NCBI GenBank assembly: GCA_047495785.1
Contig: JBLDXI010000028.1
Coordinates: forward strand, 1,116,001-1,180,000
Source of the DNA: Lepidodermella squamata
Lineage: Eukaryota > Animalia > Gastrotricha
DNA: 64,000 bases
Direction of reading: 5' to 3'
Within the stretch, counting starts at the first letter, position 1. Each line of letters begins with the position of its first letter. The notes beneath the pieces are model-generated. The model made no database searches and was not told the origin of the DNA. It saw only the letters and a program-made list of their open reading frames with translations. Both the position numbers and the translations under genes were made by a program. Positions 23,501-34,879 of the stretch are shown piece by piece.

Positions 23501-26500
23501 AAAACAGTGCCTTCGTTGGTTATATACTCATACTGAGCATCGAAATTATCGACAACTTTCACGAAGTTCAAGGGTCCAGTAATTTCGTACTTCAAGGCGG
23601 CTAAATCGCAGTAGAACAGGCGATTCATCGGGTCGCAGCCTTCCTCCGGAGTTACAATCAAATACCGGCCGCAATGGCTGATTTCAGCTCCGATCATCCA
23701 TTTCGGGTTGTCGGGGAATTCAGCGCATAAAATGTCTTCGGACTGGTTAGTTCCCAGACGATGGTAATACAGCTTTTGGTTAACATTTTCATCGGTCGCC
23801 TTACCATGCGCGACTTCGTCGGAAACAGGGTAGCGGTTGTAGAAGAAGCCGTTGTTGTCATGGGTCCAGGTCATGGACGAGAATTTCACTCGAGTCAAAA
23901 CATCGGGCAAGTCTTTCCAAGTTCCGTCGGGCAGAATTTCACGAAACTGCAATAACAAGATAAATTATTTTCAATTCTTGCATAGGGTGAAAAGATATTC
24001 AGATTTCTATGGTCCCAGGGTGAGCTTATGGACTGCGTAAAATGTGTCAGTTTGCACATTAGGGTTGACAATTTGGTATGCCGAAACTGGCTGACTTTCG
24101 ACCTGGGAAACAGACTGCTAGGTGAAGGCAAAATCAAGAGTAGGGCACCTTAGTATAAAAGATGCAAACATTTTCATGCTATCTTTGGTTTTGATCAGTT
24201 AAGCTGCTCCGAAGTTCAACCGAAAAATCATTTGAATTACCCCTCAATTTTGCGTTTATATTCAGCTGGTTCGCCACCTCTTAGACTATCGAATGCTAAA
24301 CATCAGGTCTTAACTTTGCCCACTTTGATTTTAGCCAGGCCAAAGTGACCCCAGGTCGGCCTTTATAAATCGGCCTTCGAAGCCGTCAGATTTCTTTATC
24401 CAGGCCTTTTCATCGCGACATGCACCACCGATTTCGAATGGGCGGCGCAGAAGGCCTTACTCGAAGTTTGGCCGAAGTTCGTCTAATCGGCTGTTTTTTT
24501 CAATTTTCGAAGGCAATTCTCACGCATGTGAAGAAATATGGACTGCAAATTTTGTTCTACCAGCCCGATGGCTGCGTTCGGTTGCGATCGCGGCAGCTAC
24601 CTTTGTTCCTCTTCATAAAATTGTTCACTAATTTTACGTGCTTGACCAAGACAAGGCAGCCGATCTCGCTAATGTTCCAGAGCTATTCCGGCTTTTCCGA
24701 TACTTCGAAAGAACGTTCGTCGGGGTCTATCACCATGGCCTGCGACTGAGGCGTCCTGTTTGCCATTATGATCGCCTCCCGTCACAAGTCAACTGAATTT
24801 ATTGTTTTCTAGGAATCCACAATGAGGCATAGCTCGAAGTTCGTCTTAATTCAAAGCAAACACAATGCAGAAAACTCAACAGAACGCACTCATATTACGT
24901 TAGCTTTTTGACTTTGTGAACAAAAAAAAACATATCAAATGAATGTGCGAGATTTTTTTGTTTATTAGTCAAGAATTATAACGTGTGATTCCGGTGTTTC
25001 ATTAGAGCGTACCTTATTCATATTGCAAAAGCTGATTCATCTTAAAAAAAGCTTAGGTGTGCGCGCAATCGAAACAAACAAACCGCTTATCAGTAAAAAC
25101 GCTATAAAAAGCGCCAAGTCTATGCCACCGAGCTTTGTAATTTAAAAACGCAAAGTTTCCTCCTGAAACTTATTTACTAAGAAAATCAGTAATTTTTCCC
25201 ACATTCAAGCCATTATATTTTTTTCTTTAGTGGTTTTCTTGTTTTCGAAGTATCAGTTACCCTAATTAACGAATGGCTATGCAAGCTGTGAAAAACGCGT
25301 GGCTGAATTATGTTAAGAAGCAGTCGGAATACACCGCCAGGGATCCAAACGCCCGCGCCAAGCTGCTGGGACTGGTCGCTATTCTGGTGATAATCGCCTG
25401 GAAGATGCCGCGCACCGATGCCTCCTTCATAGGCTGTGCACCCTGCGTCGCCTGGGCCGCTAAATTTTGTTCTGGAATGATAGCAGCCGGTGGAGCATGC
25501 GCCTCGGTGGCCGCCTTTCCACCAGCACTATGTGCATGTCTCCTGGCAGCAGGCGGACTCGTATGTGTCGGAGCCGCTGGAACTTGTGCTGTTATATGTC
25601 TGGCTCCTACCCCCTAGCTGGAAACCTATTAACCTTTTTGTATTCAAGCCAACATGGATCTGCAATTGCTTCCTTCCTCGATATAAGTTTCGAGGATTTT
25701 ATTCGCCATAATTATCATTTGCTTTCACTGAGATGTATCTATTTCGCCTCATACTGCAATAAATCAAATTTACTCAACCAGTATTTTATCCTCCCGGTGT
25801 TCACAGGTGAAGGATGATTCATGGGAGCAGAAAAAGCGTAATCTTTTAATGCGGCATGTGAACGAGATAGTTTCACAAGATCAAGGCATTACTTTTTCTC
25901 ACCATTAAGCGGCCTATATAAAGGGAGTTACATCAGTGATATCGAGTAAAAATGCATCCGAAGAATTCATTTTGCGTTTTTGCATTGATCACTGCGAATT
26001 TGGTAGCATGCTATGGATTGCCCATGGATGCAAAAGTAAGCCAAACGTCCGTATCAAAGTTTCATTCCTTTTTAAATAATTACAGCCGATGAATGCAAGT
26101 GAGTTTTTGCGATTAAATGGGCGTTGGTTTGATGCCTGCAAAAACGGCGATTTGCGCCAAGTTCAAGCAACGGCCCAAGAACTGGAGGCAAGAGGGAAAT
26201 TCGATATCAACAGGGCAGACCCAAGCAATTCCTTTTACAATCGCGATGTTTACACTTGCTTCCACTTGGCTGCTCAATGTCGCGATGGAATCGATGGCGA
26301 ACGTATTGAAATCATGAGATTTTTAATAGCAAAAGGTGCCACGGTTGATATGAACATCCTCGGAAACTTCACAGCACTTCAGATTGCAGCTTACTCTGGA
26401 TGTGCCCGGATTGTCGAGTTTCTGCTTGAAAAAGGCGCTTCCGTCAACGTGGTTTCGTATCCTTACAATCACACTGCCATATTCCGAATCATGGATCAAA

Positions 26501-28546
26501 TGCCGGGGGTAAATCAGCCCCAAATAGTGCGCTTATTGCTTCAATACGGGGCGTCGCTCAACGTTACTTGGTTCGGCCGATCTATACAGAATTACGCTAT
26601 GCTACGAGCTGCCGATTGGGAGACGCTGGACATTTTGAACGAAAACATGACGGCTCTTGATTATGAACAACTTGACCCCCGATTCTATCCAGATAAATCT
26701 CACCAGTGGTTCTGGCGCAGAAAGCCGAATTTAGTTGCTGAAATTGTGCGACCGATCTTAGCGAGAAATTCTACTCCTTCGAACTTATTAAAGCGAATTT
26801 TCCACACTAATCTATCGCCCGCAGACAACTTCACGGAGCTTTTGTCAAACAACGTAACTAGACTTATGATGAACTTTCTACTGCAAACCAGGAATTTTCC
26901 AAGTTCGAATTGGACCGAATCCAGGTGGTGGGATTCGATCATTCGTTACATTTTTCAAAGAGGATCCGCGGATCATGTTCGAAATCTGATGGATACAATT
27001 CAAATCGAGCCTTGGGTTTACCCACTAGCTGCCGATAACGTGTACTACGCACCGCAAATTTTGCGCCTACTATTTTCTAGAAATATTTCGATAGAAGGCT
27101 ACGAGCTTGCAACTCTCCTAAATTCTTTCTATTTCAAGAAAAATGCTGACGAGCCGCTGAGCATCATATTACGTCACCTGGACAATACCACTGCATTGCT
27201 ATCAAAGCCAAATGTGACACTTCAGCATAAAGCAATTGAGTTTGGAGAGTCTTATTTCCGTCTGCTACTCGATGCAGGCGCGTCATTAAACGTCAGAAAT
27301 GAATACGGCGCGACACCGGTTATGAAAATTGTCCAGAAATTCTCTTATGAGACTTTTCTCCTCGCCATCGATCATGGCGCTTCGATTTACGACGTCGACG
27401 CAGAAAATATGTCTTCGCTTTATTACGTCGCCTCGAATACGATGACGAACGCCTCATTGACTATAGCCAAATATCTAATCCGAGCCGGCCTGTCTGTTAA
27501 TCAAGCAGGTAACGGTTATGGATCTACCCCGCTATTGAGAGCTGCAATGGCAGGTTCTTTCGACATGGTTCGGCTGTTGGTGGAAAATGGTGCTGATGTG
27601 AATGTGGTGAATCGAGGAAATACAACCGCTTTCGATTTGGCAATGAAATCGAATCTAGCCTGTGCTGCGTACCTTTTGGACAGAATGGATAGCTCTAAAC
27701 GAGCTCAGGCACTGCGTCGTTTCTCCAATTTTTTCAAACCAGCCGCCATTTCTCAGAACTGAACGACACATGGTATTGAGAAAATGTGTTACGTATCTAA
27801 CTTGAAATTCGATATCAACTACTATTTTGATGCAATACCCATAACATAAGGTTTCTATTTGCAATTCCTATTACCCAATGCTAGTTCCTGATGATTCAAG
27901 CTCCGGATTAACATAAAATTTATATATAAAATTTAACGATTTATGAATAAAGCAGTATTTTTATAGCATAGATCAGCGTCTCTCGCCAATTATTATGAGA
28001 TTTCACATTTTTCGCAACAAAAACATATTTGACTTGCCTTGATAGTAATCCAATCTGAGCCGCCATCGGTCAATCCATACGCCCAATACTGGCCATTCTC
28101 AGAGAACGACTGGCGGTGCAGCGCCACAGTTCCATCGGTAGACAGCGTATTTGGGTCGAAAAACACGGTACCCTCATCTCCGGGCTGTTTATGAATGTAC
28201 AAAACATTCTGGTTTTGAAGGCCGGTATTGAAGGTATGGAAATAGAACTGGCCCTCCTTGTGATAACTGCCGTATTTCGGGTAGTCCCACAGCGATTGAA
28301 GGCGATTCTTGTATTTATCGCGGATTTTGGATGACTTTACGTAGCTATGAAACAGTTCCTGCTGTTTAGCCACGAATTCTTTAGTTTGCTCAGAATCCGG
28401 ATTTTCAAGCCAACGATAAGGATCTTTAATCTGAAAAACGAATAAAAAATATATTAAAAAAATATACTCTCACAATTTACCTCTTGCTTATCTTTGCCGT
28501 AAACGTCAATTACATCGTCTCGGGTGAATTTAGGGTATTCCAACAT
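20559..28546 (-). CDS. PREP: Prolyl endopeptidase (S9A); exons 28546-28481, 28430-28038, 23946-22973, 22660-22344, 21014-20680, 20624-20559
   Basis: [35 protein letters not shown], catalytic GGSNGG / DHDDRV / GHG; intron 2 has a GC donor. Confidence 0.96.
24390..24780 (+). mobile_element. MULE (Mutator-like) transposase remnant inside PREP intron 2
   Basis: TDFEWAAQ (frameshifted) then [19 protein letters not shown], matching the MULE DFE...GCxFH motif. Confidence 0.7.
25103..25109 (+). promoter_or_regulatory. TATA box of nested peptide gene
   Basis: TATAAAA ~170 nt upstream of ATG 25273; short 5'UTR intron 25189-25230; AATAAA at ~25758. Confidence 0.55.
25273..25617 (+). CDS. Small hydrophobic Cys/Ala/Gly-rich probably secreted peptide precursor (114 aa, ends LAPTP), nested antisense in PREP intron 2
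   Basis: Hydrophobic core [13 protein letters not shown], predicted cleavage TDA/SF, 64-aa mature part with 9 Cys; own TATA box and poly(A) signal. Confidence 0.8.
   Translation: MAMQAVKNAWLNYVKKQSEYTARDPNARAKLLGLVAILVIIAWKMPRTDASFIGCAPCVAWAAKFCSGMIAAGGACASVAAFPPALCACLLAAGGLVCVGAAGTCAVICLAPTP
25952..27762 (+). CDS. Ankyrin-repeat protein with N-terminal signal peptide; exons 25952-26035, 26086-27762; nested in PREP intron 2
   Basis: [48 protein letters not shown]; upstream in-frame exon [22 protein letters not shown]; TATATAAA at ~25915. Confidence 0.85.
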
Positions 28547-28682
28547 TGTTTCAGCTATATAAATTAAAATCTATCATCAAATAAAGAAACGTATGAAAAT
28601 CTACCGTTATTTTCAGAAGATAATTCATTATTCCTGAATAATGATGGAAAGTCCGTAGAGTTTTTTGTTTTTAAATTAAAAA

Positions 28683-29830
28683 TTACGATATTTTAACTGT
28701 GAAAGATCCGATATTTTCAATGGTTGTAGTTATAACGTCGCCTCTTTTCAGGTATTCTGGAGGTTTGCGGAAAACACCAACTCCAGACGGAGTGCCAGTG
28801 AGAATGACATCACCCGGCAACAGGGTCCAAAATTTAGCACAATAAGCTACTACATCAGCAGGTTTGAAGACTAACTGAGTCAAAGGACTCGATTGCTTTT
28901 CAACACCATTAACGCTACAGCCAATGTTGAAATGAGCAGCATTTATGCCGAAATCAGGCGGCAACTCGTCAGGTGTAACTATTGAAGCGCCCTGGAGAAA
29001 TTTTATCATGACAAAATAATTTCAAAACGTTTCGTTTCAAACCATTGGGCAAAATGAATCCATCCCTATTTGAGATTCAAATTGTTTAATTCATTCAATT
29101 ACTCAAAGATTTCTGGGACCTTTTGACATGATCCATTGGTTCATATTCCGACCAACAGCTTGCCATTCTCGGGCGCTGATATCTTGAGTAACCACATAGC
29201 CAGCGATAGCCTCGTTTGCGGTGGTTTTATCTAAGGTACTACCAGCCGGGACAGTTTTACCGATAACAAAGCCTAGCTCTACTTCCCAATCCAGCCGTTT
29301 TGTGACATTATTTTTCGGGTAGATTACCTCGTCTTCAGGTCCAATAATAGCCTGCGGAAATTTGTTGCAAATACCGGGCTCTTTAGGAATCGGCTTATTT
29401 TGTTCGAGGCAGTGACCGGAATCTAAATTGAAAAACTGCTCTACTATGATCTTGACAATGAAATAAGAATATTACAATTCATTCCAACGCACAGCACTTT
29501 GTCCGGACTCGTTATAGGCGGCAAAATCCGGAAATCGGCTCGGTTTAGCTTGGCTAAAGTTTGGGATTTAACTGCTTGACGAATATGGGATAACATAGCG
29601 GGTCCCTCCATCAGCAGGCTGACCTATAAATAGTCAGGTCTAACTCACAAGCCGGTTTGTTTTCTGGAGCTTACCATATCATTGATTCCCTTTCTTTCAA
29701 GGCTGAAAGTTTCGGTCAAGTTGATGAAAGATCTCTCTTCTTTATCAACGAACGCTCCGATTGAGCATTTGATTCGATGATAAGGCGGTTTGATGCCAGC
29801 CGCTTTAGTGATAAATTGAAGCAGGCGCAT
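28683..29830 (-). CDS. FAHD2: FAH-domain protein, FAHD2-like copy b; exons 29830-29675, 29623-29476, 29422-29120, 29065-29043, 28991-28683
   Basis: PDKVLCVGMNY, LDWEVEL, QDISAREWQ, LLPGDVILTGTPSGVG. Confidence 0.9.
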
Positions 29831-30028
29831 TCTAAGCTAAACGAAGAAATCAGAAATATCAGAAAGTCATCATAATCAATAGTTTATTATATTAATTCCA
29901 TGAAAAATCAACTCGGAGCAATTTTAAAGAGTAAAAACTAAATTCATGTATTTATATGCAGAATAATTGAAAGAATCAAGAAAATGATTGGAAGATTAGC
30001 ACATATTAAGCTGAAAGCTTTCACGAGT

Positions 30029-31065
30029 TTAAATGATTTTTGTGGTGATGTCCCCAATGTTTTCGATGGTTGTCGTGATAACATCGCCTTGCTTCATGTA
30101 CTCTGGAGGCTTACGGAATACTCCTACGCCAGGTGGGGTGCCAGTCAAAATCAAATCACCCGGCAATAAGGTCCAGAACTTAGCACAGTACTGAACAATA
30201 TCAACCGGTTTAAACACCAGCTGTGATATCTGACTAGATTGCTTCACAACTCCATTAACACTGCAGCCAATGTGATAGGCGGGTGGGTTAACAGCGAAAT
30301 CCTCCGGAAATTCATCGGCTGAAACAATCGACGCACCCTAAATTAGATTGAGTATGTATAAGTATCTAATGAATAATGACAATAAGGCGCTTACGATGGG
30401 ACAAAAGCCGTCAATAGATTTAGAGATTGTCCATTGATTCATGTTTTTGCCACCAAACTGCCAATCTCTTGCGCTGATATCCTGAACAACGGCGTAACCA
30501 AAAATGGCATCTTTCGCAGTTTCGCGATCTGGATTGCTTGCAACAGGAATCTTCTTCCCGATTGCAATCGTCAGCTCAACTTCCCAGTCTAGCTGCTCAG
30601 TCACGTGGGGATAAACCAAGTCGTCCTCAACCCCTATGAGGCAAGGTGGGAATTTGTTGAAAATAACAGGTTCGGAGGGAACCGGTTGATTCTGCTCGGC
30701 ACAATGATCAAAATAATTCATTCCAACACATAGAACTTTGTCAGGACTTGTAATCGGCGGCAACACACGAACGGCACTGCGTTCAAGCCGGTGGGATTTC
30801 GAAGCAATAGCATCATTGATGCGCTTTCGCAAATCAGTGCCGTGAATCAATAAACCAACCTACAGAGAGTCAATTATTATAAGATGAAATAAGTAAGGCA
30901 GTTAGAAACCATATCTGTGATGCCAAGCTTTTCAAGCCCAAGAGCTTCAGTAAGATTGACCAATGTCTTTTCATCTTTGTCTACGAAAGCTCCGATTGAA
31001 CACTTGATTCGATGATACGGAGGACGCAACTGAGAGGCTTTCTCGACGAACTGCAACAAGCGCAT
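30029..31065 (-). CDS. FAHD2: FAH-domain protein, FAHD2-like copy a; exons 31065-30910, 30859-30395, 30337-30029
   Basis: PDKVLCVGMNYFDHC, LDWEVEL, DISARDWQ, LLPGDLILTGTPPGVG. Confidence 0.92.
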
Positions 31066-31629
31066 TTTTAATCAGACACCGAAAAAAACAAGCTGTGTGA
31101 TGTGCGGTATAAACGTTCAGATGAGTTTCAAAACTATCAGCTGATGAGAAGATCGCGGGAACCAATTTAAAGGCATCTTAATGAATTTCAACGGTATTGA
31201 AAATATAAACGGGGTTTTTCGTCAACAATTAGCAAAAAAATGCCGTATTCGAGAATTTTACTTATTTATTGCCGCATCTCATTTTACGGCTTATGAGAAG
31301 CCTTTTACCCGTCACAACTATGGAAGCTTATCCGTTTTGCAGCGTCCTTCAACGACATCTCGTTTGCCGCAATGAAGCTTCGAGCGACATTCTCTCGAGT
31401 GGCAGCGTTTTTTTTAGAATGGTAATCTACACCAATTCTGCATTTTTCTGAACAGGAAAGGTACTCCGAATTCCGATCCGGACTTTTTGACCCATCTTGC
31501 TCTTGTTTTGAGTGTCAAGTGACGTGTTACTGATGTATGCAGTTGCCTTGGTTTACTTTATTGTTTAATTATTGGTCATCGGGCTTTTCATTGAAATTGA
31601 ATGTATAGCATGTCATAGCACAAGTTTTG

Positions 31630-31885
31630 GGTTGGTGGGAGTAGAAGTCTGGTTGCCATCATTCACCATCAACTACTCGCCAGTGGGATCTTGCTAACCG
31701 CGAGCTTGTTGCTTGTTCAGGCGAATTTATCGTTTTCGCCTTGAGGATTTGATTTCTAATTATATTCTGGTATCTGATACCCTGCAACCTGCATTTTCCC
31801 GAGCGCCGGACATCCAGGTAGAAAGTACCCATCCATCGCACGTTGCCACTTACTGTGTTTCATCAATGGCAGATCCAGACTTTTA
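31630..31885 (+). ncRNA. Candidate structured RNA element upstream of SMNDC1 (unassigned)
   Basis: Long-range stem 31645-31659/31866-31882 followed by TTTT; internal hairpins GAGTAG/CTACTC, AGGCGAA/TTCGCCT, GGTA-GAAAG-TACC. Confidence 0.3.
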
Positions 31886-31949
31886 TATATTGTCGATTAT
31901 TTCGTTCTTCTGATACTCCTTCTAGGGTTTTCTATTCTCAAGGTTTAAT

Positions 31950-32721
31950 ATGGGTGATTTGGAGGAATCTGTTGCTAAATTGACAACTTTCAAGCTTCAG
32001 CTCGAGCATGTCGAGGCTATGCTGCTAAATGACCCCGAAAATGAAGATCTGCTGAAGCTGAAAAGTGATTTAGAGGTATTGCTTATTTTGCATAATATTT
32101 GATTGATTAGTTTCGAATATTTTACAGGAAGTTGTTACGCTTACTGCGGAGCTGATCGAAAAGTCTCAAGCCAAGCCGGTCGATGACGACGACGCTGAAC
32201 CTCGAAGCGGCCCTTCGGGCGAGACAAAGAAAGAGTGGCGAGTTGGCGATTACTGCATGGCACCTTGGGCTACTGACAAGAAAGTATACGAAGCTTTAAT
32301 CGAGAAAATCAACGGCGACTTTGCAGTCGTGCGATTTATAGGTTACGACAATCAAGAAACCGTCTCGCTCAAGCAGTTGATGAAACTCGACAAAAGCCGG
32401 CTGTCTAACAGCGTCATCGAAAAGAAGGTACACCGCGAGAAGCTTCTCAAAGAAAAAGAACGTAAACAAGAAAAGAAAGCTAAATGGATGGAAAAGGTCA
32501 AAACTGAAGAGCAAATTAAAGAACAGGAGAAAAAAGGCTGGCAAGATTTCCACTCAAAGCTTTCGAAGAGCTTCAAATCTCGAGTGACTCAAAAAAGTAT
32601 TTTCGCCTCGCCTTCTTCAACATCAGGTCATGTTGGAGTAGGTACAAACGACATTGGTGGTAAACAGCCGACTAATTTTAAAATGCCGGCGAATCGATGG
32701 GAAACGACCTCTAAAAAATAG
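31950..32721 (+). CDS. SMNDC1: SMN-related splicing factor SPF30; exons 31950-32075, 32128-32721
   Basis: LQLEHVEAML.NDPENEDLLKLKSDLEEV, Tudor WRVGDYCMAPW..D..YEA.I, WQDF, KSIFASP..GHVGVGT. Confidence 0.93.
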
Positions 32722-32825
32722 CACTGGCCCGTTTTCATTTTGTTCGGTTTTTAAATACGCGTTTTTTCAAGTAAAGTTCAGTTCGGTTAACGTTGTTTTC
32801 TTTATTAGGAATTGTTTAAATTGAG

Positions 32826-33538
32826 ATGGATTTTCTTTATTTACATTCCAAGCGGCTCTTGGAGGACATTCAGAAGGGCCTAGCAACTTACGACAATTTA
32901 CCAGCAGCACAAGCTGGTTCTGCCTTCACAGAAGTTCAAACTCTCATCGATCAGTTGGTTTCGAATTGCGAACGGCTCAATCTTATGGTTTCAAAAGAAG
33001 CGCCGGATCGTAGGGTGTCAGCAAAGCTCAAAGTCGATCAGCTACGCTACGACTGTCAACATCTGCAAGCTAGTCTGTACAATTTACAAAACAAGAAACA
33101 TCAACAGATGACTGAACAAACCGAACGAGAGGCGCTGTTCTCGCGACACCGGCCCGTCGGCGGCGGCGGATCGACTAGTCAAGCCGATACGCAGTTGTAC
33201 ATTGACGATTCGTTGACTCACAACAACAAATTGCATAGCGCCAATCGTAATATCGAGAACATGTTAGGTAACGGATATGCAGCACTGGAAAACCTGCGAG
33301 GACAGCGCGAACGCCTAAAAGGTGCCCATCGCCGAATTATGGATGTTTTGAATCAACTCGGTCTTTCAAACACCTTAATGAGGTAAATTTATTTCTCACA
33401 TTTTTTCAAAAATTTCAATTAAATTTCATTTTATTTAGGGTCATCGAGCGGCGAACCACGGAGGACCGGTACATTTTTTACGGCCTATCACTTTTCACTC
33501 TGTTCGTAATAGTCATGGCGTGGTACTATTTTATGTAA
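32826..33538 (+). CDS. GOSR2: Golgi SNAP receptor complex member 2 (membrin); exons 32826-33382, 33439-33538
   Basis: [48 protein letters not shown] + C-terminal TM. Confidence 0.93.
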
Positions 33539-34879
33539 AGAAAAAAATGAAATTATACCTTGTACACAACGTATGTATCTTGGCGAGACTGCCTACCTGT
33601 TTATCTATCTGCGACGGAGAAAAATGAAATTTCTCATAATTTATGAGTGGAGAGCTGTCTGAACGCACTGCTTCGGTATTGTTATATTCTTACTATGTTA
33701 ATATTATTATTTTTTGCTCGAATTTACGACGGAAAAACTGAGTCGCGATTTGTGAATTTTCGTCGAGCATATTTCAATTAAAAAATCTTATATTATTGTG
33801 CATCATTATCCCGGAAAAACTAGCGGAACGTTGAGTGCAAATGCTGAATGAAAGAGAAAATGAGTAAAATAAATGGTGATATATTGGCTATGTCTTTTCT
33901 GACCCTATGAATAGAAATAGAAAAATGCGCAAAAAAGCGGTTCCAGGGCTATTTAAATATGTGAGTCATCGGGCTACAGAAATTCGTCTCAATAGTTTAT
34001 ACTTTATATACGCGAGCAATGGAAGCTTGACGAGGTAACCGCACCAGGTCTTTACCTAGGAAGCCGAGGAACCATTACAAAACAAACTACAAAACTATTT
34101 AAGGAATGGCAACTACCCAAGCAGCTGCTGACCGATATAACAAAATCGATCTTAAAGGACTCTATCCATATATATTTCAATCATAAAAAACAAAAATAAT
34201 ATTTAATAAGCACTGTGTCATAAGGCAACCTGATTGTTAAATTAGGCAGTCCACATTTTTAATAAATGTTTATCTCTGTAACAATGAAAGTAATGAACGT
34301 ATGAAAATAATTTATTTGACATTTTTGAGTATTTGAAAATATAATTCACATAAAATTCCAAGGCCTCCTTTCTCACGATGTGCAGTTGAAACTTAGGTAT
34401 TCACAATTGCAACAGAAAAGGCCAAGCGGAAAATAAACACAAAACACAAAGCGTAGCTGCTAGCTCAAATCTTTCCTGCCTTCCGTCAGAACGCAGCCTA
34501 GTTGCCTTGAGAAGAACACAAATTCGTCTAGTTACCCGTTCAAAAGTTGTCCTATTACAAATTAATGCATTTGTTATTGTATGTCATTATTTTCCATTAT
34601 TCTTGGTTTTGATTGGAAAATTCCCTGGAAAACTTTTATCAAGAAGCATGAACTAATAAACAATCGATATCAACTTTTATTTGGAAAATTCTCGTAGATT
34701 CAGGATTCAAGTGTAACTGATAAATGCTGTTTGATTTTTCTTAGCACAACAATAATATTATTATGAAAGGTTAGGTATTGGTATATAAGTTGAGAACATA
34801 ACAAAACTTTCGGATCGACTTCAACTGAGCTTAAACATTAAACATGACTTAGTTCAAGTCCTAATTGGCTTTATGTATT

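Noticed and set aside
31770-31830. TPP-riboswitch-like ATACCC..AACCTG, and an RNase MRP P8-like GAAAG pentaloop
   Set aside because: CUGAGA and P5 UAAU loop are missing; MRP GAAAGUCCCC and SRP AGCAG motifs are absent
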